Shown here in pieces: positions 39,801 to 56,477 of a DNA stretch of 64,000 nucleotides (position 1 is the stretch's first letter; every line of letters starts with the position of its first letter). The stretch is from positions 50,530,001-50,594,000 of the forward strand of contig OX597827.1 in NCBI GenBank assembly GCA_951406725.2. The letters are read 5' to 3'. The position numbers and the translations under genes were made by a program. Source of the stretch: Octopus vulgaris. Its lineage: Eukaryota. The notes under the pieces were generated by a model, which did not search any database, was not told where the DNA came from, and saw only the letters and a list, made by a program, of their open reading frames with translations.

Positions 39801-39934
39801 TGTACGTTGTTGCCGGCGGTGTCCATCCTGTGTCTGTTTGCTGTGGTGGTCTGGTATATAGTGGGTAGTCCCACCTGCGGGCTTGGGTTTGATGAAGCCA
39901 GGTCAGCTGCTGTACAATCTTTTGTGCCATGCAC
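36830..39934 (-). pseudogene. LINE ORF2: AP-endonuclease plus reverse transcriptase, one in-frame TGA at 39287-39289
   Basis: Endonuclease motifs NIRGL, LTETHL, HGGV, YRPP, GDFN, TLDL, SDH; RT motifs YRPISL, QHGFR, DFAKAFD, GVPQG, YADD. The two track ORFs are in the same frame (…CER*QARSLLNLINTLYMEQ). Confidence 0.92.
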
Positions 39935-40173
39935 AAAAAAGATTGTTGCTCAGCAGCTGCTCTTTCGACAACATCATGTTGGCTGTTTGTGGCGCGCACA
40001 ACATCTGCGTACCTCCGCTTTGGGGCAGGTGGTGCGTGGTCCATCCCTTTTCTTTGTGTTGATGGTTTGTCCATCTGCCTCGTGTCTCTGTGGCAGGGTC
40101 CCCGATGTGCAAAGCGGCAGCCTGCACCTTCCTTTCCATACCAGTAGGAACCTCTCAGGTAGAACATACACAC
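39778..40173 (-). pseudogene. LINE ORF1 C-terminal remnant with CCCH-like zinc finger
   Basis: CMFYLRGS(Y)WYGKEGAGCRFAH; overlaps the ORF2 start. Confidence 0.6.
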
Positions 40174-40175
40174 CC

Positions 40176-43117
<2,942 letters not shown>

Positions 43118-43357
43118 GAAAGAAACCCTTCGTGTATGTGTGTGCGAGTGTCTGTTTTCGTCCCCCACCGACGCTTGACAACCAGTGTTAGCATGTTTCT
43201 GTCCCCGTAACTTAGAGGTTTGGCAAAATAGACAGATAGATTAAAATCAGGTTTTAAAAACTAAATACTGGGATCGATTCATCGACTAAAAGTTCTTCGA
43301 AGCTGTTCTCCACCATGGACTCGGTCTAATGGCTGAAACAAGTAAAAGAATAAAAGA

Positions 43358-43358
<1 letters not shown>
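43118..43358 (+). mobile_element. Family A SINE, 3' part
   Basis: gcttgacaacc...tccccgtaacttag...ggctgaaacaagtaaaaga. Confidence 0.8.
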
Positions 43359-43388
<30 letters not shown>

Positions 43389-43588
43389 TGTATGTATGTA
43401 TGTATGTATGTATGTATGTATGTACGTACGTACGTACGTATGTATGTATGTATGTATGTACGTACGTACTTGTGTGTATGTATGTATGTATGTATGTATG
43501 TTTATATCTGTATGTATGTATGTATGTATGTATGTATGTATGTATGTATGTATGTATGTATGTATGTATGTATGTATGTATGTATGTG
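43359..43588. repeat. (ATGT)n microsatellite
   Basis: Direct reading. Confidence 0.95.
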
Positions 43589-45029
43589 AATTTCTCCATT
43601 CATTATATCGTTCACATACGCTCGCATTTCAGCTTAATGCAAATATCTCTGAGATTATTTCGAAAGTACTCTGCATTACATCAAATCGTAATCCACACTA
43701 ATGATAGCAGTAGAAAATAGTGCATTTCTTAACTCTTGAGATTTATTTAACATTTATATATATATTTGTTATTTTATATTCTATGTGGTAATTTGCGGAT
43801 AGAAATTTTGTTGCATTTTGTTGCTTTGATGCCTTTCCTGAAAACGAGAGAGGCGAGGAGTGTGTGTGTGAAATACTGTTCAGAAAAAAATATAGAACTT
43901 CGTTCAGAGGGCTTCGGCTTTTCAGCTCTCTCACTGATAGCAACTTTCGATAAACATCAAAGAAACCTAGATAAACACACACGCATATGCACATATGGTC
44001 TGTCTGTTATATGTGTATGTGAGTGTGTATGTGTATGTGCATATGTGTGTGTGTATAAAGAGAGAGAGCAGAGAGAGAGAAAGAGACAGAGAGAGAGGGA
44101 GTAAGAGAGAAAAGTAATTATAACATTCCAGTGCTCTGATGAGCCAGTTTTCTTTATTTGCGTTAATTTGTGGATATATATTGTATTATTTAATATATAT
44201 TGTATTATATTATATATATTGTATTATATTATATAATACTGAGCATACATATTAATGCAAACATATACGCATATTTTTTTCCTTTCTGCAATTAATACTA
44301 TACGAAGTATATTGCGAAATAGCTGTAATCGTATTAATGTCACATGGTTAAATAAATATATATTCTCTTCTCATACCTCCTGGTCTTATGCTTTTATAAA
44401 CCTATAAATATTATATAAGTATGTATATAATTCTATGTACACACATACACACACACATATAAATATATATACGTGTGTGTGTGTATGTACATTTAAGCCT
44501 CAATTGGTTAGTTCAGATCTTATGGGTTCCTTGATTATCTAGCGAAGATCTTGCCTGTCCCTGAAAATCCATGGTGTATAATTGAACTATACTCACAATA
44601 TTTGAATTTGATGATATGACGAAACACTACATACATAACAGCCAATGATTTAAGCATTTGTACTGCTTTAGGTGTAAAGAAAACCTCCTGCAGTGAAAAA
44701 GCTCGTATCCTAAGACTTACTTGAAACCTTTGACAATTTATTACCTGCATTGAAGTAATGAAAAACCAAGAATTAAGATTTACCCGAGTGTCAGAAAATA
44801 ATTAATATAACTAAAAAAACTATAGTAATAATAAAAATATTTTAAAATTTTTATTAAAATATTTCTTTCTCAACAATAAAAAAATAGCCACGAGTCGAAG
44901 GGATGTAAAATTACATAATAATATTATATTATTTCGTAAAAGATCTGATCGAGCATTTAGGGCTTAAATAAGCACAAATACAGATTAGCCTCTTTAAATA
45001 TTTCCTTGAAAATATTAGTCCCACCAAAG

Positions 45030-45390
45030 ACAATAAATCTATTTTCAGTCAAATATGTATGGCATGTAGATCAGGTTTTTATGAGCCTTTCGACAGTAGC
45101 AACTGAGGCAGCTGGCGCTTTTGCAAACAGTACTGATTTCAATAGCTCTGAACAGAGATTAGATTCAGATGCATCTCCTTAACCAAGGAGATGCATATTG
45201 ACAATATTGTCAAAAATGATTTTGTGGAGTTGTCTTACTTCAGGCAGCACAGTTTACTCATCAAAAGTAGTTCATTGTATCCTTATTCTTCTGCCTGTTC
45301 AATAGTGGCATTATCGTTTGACACGCAGTCGGTCAGGAAAAATTGGTTAAGGCACCCGATGTATAGTTTGTTCATAATCCTTAGACAAGG
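45030..45390 (-). pseudogene. Possible decayed hAT transposase C-terminal dimerization region
   Basis: ELLKSVLF...PAASVATVERLIKT resembles the hATC P.S.A..ER.FS..K.IKT motif. Confidence 0.35.
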
Positions 45391-48300
45391 TTAGTATGTA
45401 TGTATGTATGTATGTATGTATGTATGTATGTATGTATGTATGTAGGTAGGTATGTTGTTAGGTAGGTAGGTAGGTAGGTAGGTTGGTAGGTAGGGTTAGG
45501 GTTAGGTACGTACGTATCTGAGTGCTTCTAAGTATGTATTGATATATAAATATGCCGCATGATCGAATTATTAAGAAGTCTGTTTCGCTACAAAGCATTC
45601 CGAGTTCAAGCCTATTGCTTGCCACATTGAGCAAGCTTTATTTACCATAACTTGGAGCTAACTTAAATCTTTAAGTGCGAAACTGCGTTGACAAAAATTT
45701 ATTGGAAGCCCGTCGGATTGATTCTACTTGTAATTTGCGAGTCCAGTTCTGTCATGCACTGTGTCATGCTCATCTTGCGAGTGAATCAACATAAGGGCAC
45801 TCATGTCTGCGGAATACTCAACCTGTTATACACTAATTCAATGAGTGTGTAATTCAGAACCATTAAATGCTGCTTGTCGATACAGACGGAGATTCATTTA
45901 TGTTGAGAGATTTTCTATCTTTCCCTATATTTTTAAAGAGAAAGGCTACTATTTCAGATATTTCGCATTTTAAAAGCTATTAGCGCCAATTTATATTGTT
46001 AATACTCGAATATTGAATATTGCATTGCGGAAGTTTGGTTTGCATTAAGAGCATAACAATTAATTAATGTAATCTGAATATTGATACAAAGATTTTTAGA
46101 TAAGGATACATATTTTAAAATATCAATAAGAATAAAAACCTATCAGTTTTGCTTGGGTAGATTTATGACATACGTATAGTAATTCAATCACATAAGACCA
46201 ACACAAAGTAATTTTATTGTGTTAGTGAGGTTTGCAGTAGAATCGAGTTTCGCAGTTCAATTTGTTACTGAAATGAAACTTAGACGGACTAGATCAGCTT
46301 CCCCAAATATTTAGCACCCCATCAAGATCCATGGTAGAAAATTAATATTCATCCACGACTCTCTTCCTATAAAATTTCTTATACTTTTCTTCAGCTTTTT
46401 CTCTCTGAAAATATGTTGCAGCTATAATCTATTGTACAGCATATTCATAAAACACTTTACACTGTACCAAGAGTCAAAGACTTTCTCTTATGAGACCCTT
46501 TTCGCTTCTATTTTTCTGGAATAACTGTGGTTCAGAGTGATAATGGTATTTTCCTATTCTGATTCGTCTAAGTTAATTTTATGTTTGTATCTACTGCGCA
46601 CGCGTGACAAAAATTAAGTGAGTAAATCAAAAGAAAGAGAAAGAGAGCCGATAGAGGTTATAAGATGTAATATGATTTTTAAAGTTTGGGCAATCTCATT
46701 TCGTTAAAAGTGATCATTGATTTGAAGCTTGATATATTCTGTTTGAAATGTTGCAAATTGATCGAATAGTAAAACATTCCAGCAGAGATCACCATGAAAG
46801 TTCCCTTAAATATCATTGTGCAACCAGCGTGAGTGAATCTGGTAATTGTGACTGCTGTTTGTATCGTGGTTGTAAGGAGTGGGTAAATTGCTTATTTTGA
46901 AAAGCTCGTTTCTAATTAGCTTGCTGTTGGAAGTATTTATTGATTGATTCTCACTGTTTACTCTAATATTTCACTCTGAAAATATTTATTAAACTAATTG
47001 GATTACCTGACATCACTCGAGAGCAATAACAAATATATAGTAAGATATATTATTCATAATATATAAAACAACAAACATCTAAAAGACTTATATGAAAACA
47101 GATGGCAACTATTTTATCGAATAATTATTATTGCCTTTAAGCAAATGTATATTGCAATACAGAACTGTATGGTTAACATAATTCTGGTGATTACTATACC
47201 CTCTGTGGGGCGAGCATATCCTGGCACATTTGCTGCTGGTAACAGTCAAACTCAAGATGTTACGGTTCTTCTAGATGTATATATGAGGACTAGGTTACTA
47301 TCCATCTTAATAGTGAGATACAACTTGCAAGGAACTCAAGCCTGCAAACATTGGTAGTCCTATAAACTTTATTAGGTTACTGCTTCACTCAACTAGAGAT
47401 CCCGCGTATATGTACATACATACATACATACATAAACGCCCGCGCAAGTGTGTGTATGTGTGTGTGTATTAAAAGAAATTGAATTAGTTTCTATAGATTC
47501 TAGAATAAAATGTGCATCTTTTACAATTTTCTAATGTAATCTTATACAATTTTCCAACTTTAATGTAATTATCTCTCGCTGGGAGTCATGTAAAGAAAAT
47601 GCATTTGGGATTAAATCAATACTCAATCATACACAAAGAAAACTACGCTGGCATACCAATATACACAAACAGAGCTAGGTATACAGTGAAGAAAAGAAGT
47701 TATGATAAAAAAGTAAGCTGGTAGACAGACACCTTAGACAGTTCCAATACTATTTAGAGTTCTATAGACATTACAGTTCTAAATCGACCCCGTTCACCTA
47801 TACTTACTTCTGAATCTGCTTACACTGCCATAGTCAAGCATAATTTTGGCGAAGTTCCCGTGTACTCAAGGGAAAAGGGAAGAGGCGGAAACTCAAAATG
47901 GAAATCAATGATAAAATATCAAAAGAATCTAATGGAAAACTAGAAAATCGTCTTTAAGTGGTTTTCCTCCTATTTCCATTCCTTTACGATATTCTTCGAT
48001 TCTTTCATTGTCTCATTTACACATGACCTTTGAATCTTTCTGCTGCTCTTAAACTTCTTTCGTATATTATTCTTCACGCCGTTCTTTCTACTCACCCTTC
48101 GTTGTTTTTTTTTTTTCATATTCTTTCATCGACTTCCTTTATTCTCTATCGATGCCAACATTTATCCCTCAACTTACTTTGTTTATGTTTTGTGCTTTTC
48201 TCCCATATCTATACACTTTGGTATGTTTATGTGTATATATAATTTTTTACACACACACATATATATATATATATATATTATACATATTTATTTTAAAATT

Positions 48301-49460
48301 GTCATTATCACCGTGTTCCTCCCTTCTACTTCTTTTTATACTTCAAACAATTTTATTTAGTTTGTTATTATTGTTGATAACTTTTCTGTCACTATTTATG
48401 TAACCATTTCGCCTTGCAATTTTCACTCTGTACACCTTTCTGAAACCTAGAAATTACTCCAATATGCACGCCTACCTACATCAAAATACCTTTAAAGTAA
48501 AACGTTTTAGAGCCAACCTATTCAAAAGTGTTTTAGTTTCTTAACCTTTACTGTTAATTCTTATAGAGAAAGTAATAGCTTTGTATTTGTTCATTTCTCA
48601 TTACACAGATTCTTTGTACGCTGTTTTATTTACTCTCTACCATTCTTTTACTTTCCAACTATTTGTATATTTCTTTACGTTATTTGGTAATTGCTTTTTT
48701 CTCCCTGCGTGTGTGCATGTGTGTTGTGTGGCGGACAGAGTAAAATAGCAAAACTCATTGCAATCTATTTTCCAGCAGCGACATTAGATTATTTATTATA
48801 ACTTGAGTAAAGATTCACAGAACAGAAATCTTATTTAAAAACATCTAGCAAAAGTGTACAAGCAACATCGCATATTTATTTCAAACAACAGAATTACTAC
48901 AAGCAATTATAACATGTGTTATAATGATTAAAAATTGCCATTTAACTTGGAATTTTTTAAAATTCTCCAAATGTCACAATACCACTTTAAAACGAAATAT
49001 CTTAAAAGCTTATATAAAGATAAAGAAAAATACGTACCTAATTAGGTCAAAATTCTCATATATGAAAAGAATATCTTGTAGAAATTATAACTTCATATAG
49101 TCTTATGGTACAAAATAACTAGTTGGTTACACAAAATGAACAATAACAAAAACACTCTTTCAAACGTTTTAATAATATTTTTCATTTTAGAATACAATAG
49201 CTTTCGCCGAGTTTCCTGTAAGGGTATTTTTGTAATTCAGCCGTCGTAAACCGAAATAATGTTACAACGTTTCCTTTCTATTCTACCTAAATGTAACTTA
49301 TTCATACATTTACTTCAAATATTGTAATTAGCAATCGGCAGGCGATATAGTAAATGAAAATGTCTGAAACGGAATACAAATGAAGAGAAGGAAATCAATA
49401 ATGGTTTTAATTAATGCATCCTATGTTATTTTTTCATGTTATTCAAACCTTTTAAAATCC

Positions 49461-49625
49461 TAGCAGAATCGTTACCACGCCTGGCAAACTATTTAGTGAC
49501 ATTTCGTCCGTCTTTACATTTTGAGTTTAAATCCCACTGAGGGCGACTTTGCTTTTCATCCTTTCGGGTTGATAAAATCTACTTATCCCATTGCCCGAAA
49601 TTGCTGGCTTTGTGCCAAAATTTAA
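49461..49625 (+). mobile_element. Family B SINE, decayed
   Basis: gcagaatcgttaccacgcc...gcttttcatcctttcgggttgataaaat. Confidence 0.7.
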
Positions 49626-49799
49626 AATCAATATTCTAAAACCCTTTTAGGAAACAAACGATAAAAAGACTCAGATTTCAATTGTTACAATAGAATGAAA
49701 TATCAGTAGTTTATCGCAGATATATATGCATGGATGTATGGTTGAGAAGCTGGCTTTACGATCATGTAGTTTTGAGTTCGGTCCCACTGCGCAGCACCT

Positions 49800-50205
49800 T
49801 GCAATCCAGAAACAGGAAATGTCAACCAAATACTTGATGTACAAAAGGGACGCAGGAAAAGGAGAAAAATGTAAAAACCGATGCAGACTTTGTGTAGTTA
49901 ATACCGAAGAAATAACCCATATCATAAGCACTTGTTCGAAAATATCACGGTATTATCTACCGATGAGACATGATGTAGCTAGGGCACTGTATAATAAAAA
50001 GGAGCACTGGTGGAATGTCCCAGTAAAAACTTCAATAAAATGTAAACATAATAGACCTGACATAGTGAACTTGGATAGAGAAGAGAAACTGTGTACAGTT
50101 GTGGAAATCAGCTGCCCAGCGGATGTTAACATACAGCTAAAGATCAGCGAAGCAGAAAATACCTACGACAAAGTACTCAGAAATTTCCAATTAATCTATC
50201 TAGAT
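49800..50205 (+). mobile_element. R4/Dong-clade CCHC plus restriction-like endonuclease fragment
   Basis: CRLC...EEITHIISTC..RHD and NRPDIV...VVEISCP...K motifs. Confidence 0.8.
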
Positions 50206-50454
50206 ATTTTGTACCTTTGTTTCTGTATCTAAATATGCTGTCACGTTAGAAATGATCGTCGGTAATGTATCGTGGAATCATCATTTAAGGATGTGAGTTT
50301 CCCTATTCTTGTTGTCTTATACTCCGAATTTCTTGTAATATTTGCATTTACCTTCGATGTTAATTCCGCTTGAATTTATTGATATCTTAACCAAATTCGT
50401 TTAACACTGAGTGCTTTACAGATCTCTACTTGGATTTATTAACCACTACTTCTT

Positions 50455-50648
50455 TCATTTCTTCTTTTCTTCTTCTTCTTCTTCTTCTTCTTCTTCTTCT
50501 TCTTCTTCTTCTTCTTCTTCTTCTTCTTCTTCTTCTTCTTCTTCTTCTTCTTCTTCTTCTTCTTCTTCTTCTTCTTCTTCTTTTTATTTTTCTTCTTCTT
50601 CTTCTTTTCTTTTTCTTTTTCTTTTTCGTCTTCTTCTTCTTCTTCTTC
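50455..50648. repeat. (TTC)n microsatellite
   Basis: Direct reading. Confidence 0.95.
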
Positions 50649-51829
50649 CACATACATACATACATGCATATATATATATATATATAAAGCCGTTATCTCA
50701 ATATGTATTTCAAATCGGTATATCTTTACTACCTCTGAAGGGATTCATATTATAATGATTTTAACTTTATAAATGAAGGAATTTTAGTTACTATTTCTAG
50801 TAGGTTGAATGACCACATAAACCCTCCTATATTTGTGAATATATGTGTGTGTGTTAGTAAAGTATGTAGTAGATGATGAATACCGAAGAAAATTTATTCT
50901 TCATAATAATGTTGTCGACGACATCAATAACGCAACATTTCAGAGAAAAATCCAAAAGTTTCTCGTACATAAACAAAGAAATAATGTTCTAGGAATTGCT
51001 TTTATTTACAATAAGAACATATTTTAGACATATTTTAAAAGTAGATACACAATTGTTGTATATCAGCATATATTTAAGTAAGAAGTAAATGTTTTGTCTT
51101 TTTTTCATTACAAACAGCAGAATTTACAGTTTTACCGACTAAATGACTTTTATAAAATAGTTTACTCACCTCAAAAATATATACTTTCGAGTGGAAGCAG
51201 TGAGTACATTCAATAAATCGAACTTTATATCAGAGTACATTCTATTACTGACTGATCGTTTCAGTAAATTTGTTGCTATTTTCATTACCTTTATCTTTCT
51301 TTTTATTTTATTTTACTTCCATCACAGTTTACTATTGTATTCGAATGGGATATTCATTATCAATATTCATTAACATGTTTTCGGTAGCGTGCGACGAAAA
51401 GACTCTACTCTGATCCAAATCCTATTTCTTTTACGCTGCATTCGTGAATTCTTTGAATAAATACATTATTTTATATTTTCTTTTTTCTTTTTTTTTTTTT
51501 TTTTTTTTGCAAATTAATTACTTGAAAATTCTTTTCCTCTGAGGATAACGTGTGATGGACAAGAAGACAGTCGGACAGAGAAGCATGGCTCTTACAAAAT
51601 TCATATTAGCTCTAGGTCGATTGGTTTTTCCCCACACCATTTTCTTAGCAAAAGCAGGTATCTTTTTGCAAGATTTTCATATTTTAATTTTTACATTAAT
51701 GAAACGAAAGGATTTTATTATCTTTGGGCATTCATTTATGTACGCACACGTATATACATACATATATGCATGTGTGTATGTTTGCGTGTGTGAGTGCGTG
51801 CGTGTGTGTGTGTGTGAGTATGTGTGTGT

Positions 51830-51975
51830 GTGATGAGGAACTTGGCACGCAATCATATGATTCTGGGTCCAGTCCCACTCCGTAGCACCTTGGGAAAGTG
51901 TCTTCTGCTATAGCCTCAGGTCAACCAAAGACTTCTGAGTTGATTTGGTAGACGGAAAATGAAAGAAAGTCGTTG
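51830..51975 (+). mobile_element. Family A SINE head
   Basis: gggtccagtcccactc...caccttgggaaagtgtcttc...gatttggtagacggaaa. Confidence 0.7.
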
Positions 51976-52149
51976 TGTGCGTGTGTGTGTGTGTATATAT
52001 AGACTTTTTCTATTCCTGAGCGTTATACTAATACATCTGTTTATTTTGTTCACCACCTGTCTTCGCCTTTTGTTTTTTTCATAAACTTTCCCTATATATA
52101 TATATATATTTATGGTTTATAGGTTAGAGACAGGTGTTCTATATATAGA

Positions 52150-52445
52150 ACAGACTTCGAATGGAGAGTGGACAGATGAAAAGTTGATACCAGATAACAT
52201 TGAAAGTCAATGGTTTTGGAGTGACATCTGGAGCAAAGACAAGGAGCACAAGAAGAATGCTGAATGGTTGCAAGAACTGAAACAAACAGTAGTCTGTCCA
52301 AAACAGGCAGAACTAGTCATTTCAGTTAGGGAAGTGAAGGAAATCAGCAAAAAAATGAGCAACTGGAAGGCCCTGGGACCAGATAGAGTTCAAGGCTACT
52401 GGATCAAAAGATTTGGTGAATATCATGCACGAATAACTGAGAGTG
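52150..52445 (+). mobile_element. R4/Dong-clade fragment (N-terminal to RT)
   Basis: FWSDIWS..EHKKNAEWL...MSNWKALGPDRVQGYWIKRF. Confidence 0.75.
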
Positions 52446-52469
52446 AATGTGTGTTTTTCTTTGCTGTCA

Positions 52470-52994
52470 CGTCTCACGAATGAATCTTTTTTAGACCGAA
52501 TGACAAGAAATGACAAGAAATGGGTTCTCTATAAAATTGTCTAGCGCCGATGACAGTGGGTAGGGGAAGGAGAAACACCGGCACCCAAGGCTAAAGGAGG
52601 TCTTCACCCACGTAAGACGTTGTTACCTGTCTGGTGGGATATGAAAGGCTTAGTCCACTTTGAACTTTAAAACCCAAACCAAACGATAGCAAAAGAGATC
52701 TTCTGTGAGCAACCTGAGCGGCTTAACGGTAGAAGACAAACGACCATATTTGGCTTCAAGACGAAATATGTTCTTCCACCAGGATAATACTCAACCACAT
52801 ACAGCAAGGATGAATGGGAAACGATGCCCCACTCACCATATTCACTGAACATTGCCCTATCTGATTATCATTTATTCCGTAGTTTTCGAAATCGTTTGGA
52901 CAGAAAAAACATGAATTCTGTAGACGAGGTCTAAACTGTGCTGGGAAAATTAAAGTATAGAAAGAAACCCGCATTATTTATGGGGATGACCCAA
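52470..52994 (+). mobile_element. Mariner remnant, same family as 34186-35004
   Basis: WVLY and VWWDMKG motifs, ttccaccaggata, decayed PYS..IA.SDYHLFR; ends with TIR cgcattatttatggggatgacccaa|ta. Confidence 0.8.
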
Positions 52995-53109
52995 TACATT
53001 ATTTCTATTAAATATATTTTATATTCTGTGTAAATAGACTTGTCTAACTTGCTTATCATTACATTTAATATTAGCAATTCTTTTTAATATTGATAATTAA
53101 TTTAAGGGA

Positions 53110-53280
53110 GATATCTAGTCTATTACATTGACCCCAGTGTTCAACAGGTGCTTATATCATCAGAAAGAATGAAAAGCAAAGTCGACCTAGGCAGAATTTC
53201 AACTTTTCGTCTGTAAATGCGGATGAAATGCCGCTAAGCATTTTGTCCAGCATGATAAATACTCTGTGTCAGCTCTCCGT
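53110..53280 (-). mobile_element. Family B SINE, decayed
   Basis: attacattgaccccagtg...gaatgaaaagcaaagtcgacct. Confidence 0.6.
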
Positions 53281-54607
53281 TTTACGTGTCACTAATAATA
53301 ACTGCATTAGCATATTTAAGCGTCGTTGTAGGGACCATAAAACGCATACAGTAAATGATGGATGTTGATGATCGTTGAAATATGGACGAAAACATTAATG
53401 TTGATGATTTCAACGAATGTTATAATGACCGAATACATCAAAGTTAGCATAACCACAAGCTGGCAGTAAGAACTGTTGTTGCGTTTGATCTTATGCATCT
53501 GCTCTTTTATACGGCAAGTTGCTTGATCGCTCCATATTGAGTTTGTCTTTTTCACATATCATGTTTGTTTGTCCCCAGCTTGTTGATGATTAGAAATACT
53601 GCTACCTTCCCAACAAGATAAGAAATAACTGCATGTTAACTGGAAATTTAAATCATTGCAAAGATTTTTTGTTTTTTACTTTGCTTCTAACTGCTTTGAT
53701 TGTTTCTTCATTCCGATGAAATTACTGCTGTTTATTATTTATTATAGGAAATTTGTATTTAGTTACAATAGCATTATTTATTATTGTTTGTACTTGTAGA
53801 CTGTCAATGAAATACTATGTTTACACATTATAAACACAACGTAAAATACATACATAAAAATCTGCATATTTAAAAAGAAGATGCATTTTATTGTTTTAAT
53901 GAATGATTTTCCCCATATTCATATGTTTTGGAATGTATATATTATTTGTTATTGTATGTATTAAATTGACCAATGAGTAATGGCGTCGGTACGCTCCAGA
54001 ATTGTTGCTTTTGAAATTCAATTTCTGTACTTAATTGTAATTATTTCTTTTTATTAACATGTTTTATGAAAGGAGTTTGTGATTTTGTGATTAGGAGATT
54101 ATCAAAATGTGTCACGCTCTTGATTCTGTTATTCTGGTTTATAAGAGTATATCTATGCTTTTGTATTAAACACTTAATGGATAGCTTTTGAGAGTCATAT
54201 ATGGTTAATAGTTCTCTAAAACACATTCTACATCAGTGTAAGTGTATATTTATCAATAGGTGTACTAATACCATTTGTTCTGCTCAACTTGAGTCCGTTG
54301 ATATCCTTTATACTGATTCTTGGGGATTTCCTATTTTCTGCTCCGTTGGTCTGTTTTATCTGAGCTGATTGCTATATATGTACTGGTGTAGATGAAATAT
54401 GTAATGTGTGTATCTGTGCAACAGCGATGGCAATTAAAACTGCATATGTTGTGAACTTAGAATATGTTTTTATTAATAAAAGTTTAATAACGATAATCTT
54501 TTATTCATACGAACGTAACTGATATGAAATATGTCATAAATAACAGTAACAAATTGATATGACACCACCAGAAAATGTTGTGGACAAAGAACCGGAGAAA
54601 TTGTATT

Positions 54608-54811
54608 CACCTCAATAGACGTCATTGATTGGTTGAAATTGCCGAAATGCAAGAAATTAAAGAGGAAATAGCTTACAAACTACAGAATTTTCTCAAGAAA
54701 GCCAAGAGAAAAAATGTTTTGTGTAACACATTCTACCAGTATACGAAGTTTTAAAATGTTTAGTTACAAAGAAATTATTTTTAAAATCTGCCGGTCAAAG
54801 CGAAAAAATCC
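54608..54811 (-). mobile_element. GGATC MITE, one-ended fragment
   Basis: ctcaatagacgtcattgattggttgaaatt...ctgccggtcaaagcgaaaaaatcc matches half of copy 4. Confidence 0.8.
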
Positions 54812-55480
54812 GAAAGAGGAAAGAAAAACAGTAATTTTTAGAACATTTTCTAATGAGAACAGAAGGGTTAAGAGATCCCCAGAAGATGAAATAGAAGATC
54901 TAATAATGAACTGTATTAACGAGGAAATAATTTTCCTCACAAAAGGAAAAGATTACGGGACAGTCGCAGTAACATTTGGAACGGAAGAAGAGGCAGCACA
55001 GAACGCTAAAGACGTGATAGAAGGAGATAAATGGAGACTATTACCATGCACACCAAGAAAGAAAGTAGTAAAAATCAGAGTTGGGCGGATACCACCAGTG
55101 GGTGATAGTGGGCATTTTTGGCGAAAAACTGCAGAAAAAAAACTCAGAACTGGAGATTCACTTAGTGAGCAAGACCGAATGCTGCAACTTTTGGGGGATT
55201 TCGTTTAGAAATTGTCGGAAATGTAAGCCCAGAGTATTATGAGAAAGTATCAGAAACAATAGAGCTGCCAACGGGAGAGAAGTTGGAGATAATACTGACA
55301 GGAAGACCACCCAAATGTTACAAATGCGGCATGAGAGGGCATAAAATGAAAAATTGTCTGGAGGAGTTAAGATACGCAGATATAGCTTTTATGACACATA
55401 AAGAAAACAGATAGAGACAAAAAGCAGGAAAAGAGAAAGAAAGAAGTCTCCAACAACAGCAGAGATAAAGACGAGTAAAT
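54812..55480 (+). pseudogene. Gag/ORF1-like remnant with CCHC zinc knuckle
   Basis: GRPPKCYKCGMRGHKMKNC (CX2CX4HX4C, 55316-55357) downstream of a frameshifted ERKTVIFRTF...GTVAVTF...VVKIRVGRIPP region. Confidence 0.65.
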
Positions 55481-56061
55481 GAATGGAGGAGGAAATGCAA
55501 CAAAGAACAGAATATGTTCAGGAACCATCAACAGAGGTACCAGAAACAGAGGTGGAATTACAAAGCGACGAGGAGGTTGAGCAAAAATGCTTAAACTCTC
55601 ATGAGAAAGACACATAGAAAGAGGATGAGAAAGTGCAGTCGGATAAATGCCCAGACAAGCAAGAGTGTGAAAGTATACAGATGAAACAATCACAGTGGAG
55701 AGTTGGATTGGAACAGCATGGAAATGGTAAAAGGAAGAAATTGTGAGGAAAACAAAAACAAGAAGTAAAACAGAGTGAGATAGGTTAAAGAAAGGTAAGT
55801 ATATAAAATTGTGGAAAGAACTACAATAAAATGAAAGCATTTGAACAGTGTAAATTATTGTAAAGAAAAAGAAGAAATAATGAATTGATGAACAAACAAG
55901 TGTGTAAAAATGTTATTTTTGTTGGGAAAAAATAGGACATATATGAACGTTTGATTTAAAGGCAGGAAACGAAAGGAAAGGTCACGGTTTCGCATTGCAG
56001 CGAAACTAGAGGTGGTTTTAAGATTAATAGTAAAGCTAATTATAAAGATTAATCATAAAGG

Positions 56062-56477
56062 AGGCGGCAAGCTGGCAGAAACTTTAGCGCGCCGGGTGAA
56101 ATGCTTAGCGGTATTTCGTCTGTCGCTACGTTCTGAGTTCAAATTCCGCCGAGGTCGACTTTGCCTTTCATCTTCTCGGGGTCGATAAATAAAAGTACCA
56201 GTTTCGCACTGGGTCGATGTAATCGACTTAATCCCTTCGTCTGTCCTTGTTTGTCCCCTCTATGTTTAGCCCATTGTGGGTAATAAAGAAATAGGTATTT
56301 CGTCTGTCGCTACGTTCTGAGTTCAAATTCCGCCGAGGTCGACTTTGCCTTTCATCCTCTCGGGGTCGATAAATAAAAGTACCAGTTTAGCACTGGGTCG
56401 ATGTAATCGACTTAATCCCTTTGTCTGTCCTTGTTTGTCCCCTCTATGTTTAGCCCCTTGTGGGTAGTAAAGAAATA
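56062..56477 (+). mobile_element. Family B SINE with tandem ~181-bp body duplication
   Basis: ggtatttcgtctgtcgctacg...taaagaaata occurs twice, almost identically. Confidence 0.88.

Larger units (their letters stand above)
36733..40176 (-). mobile_element. CR1-group (APE-type) LINE, 5'-truncated in ORF1, with (AATC)n 3' tail
   Basis: ORF1 C-terminus, ORF2 endonuclease and RT, short 3' UTR, (ATTG)n at 36733-36760. Confidence 0.93.

Noticed and set aside
44535-44750. Cluster of minus-strand splice-like signals
   Set aside because: The implied intron is only about 33 nt and the peptide is unrecognisable; not supportable without RNA data.
45169-45213. 12-bp hairpin atgcatctcctt-aacc-aaggagatgcat plus 16-bp palindrome
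   Set aside because: Single occurrence inside a probable decayed transposase; no evidence of function.
45491-45506. Telomere seed (tagggttagggttagg)
   Set aside because: Only about 2.5 units, derived from the adjacent (TAGG)n microsatellite.
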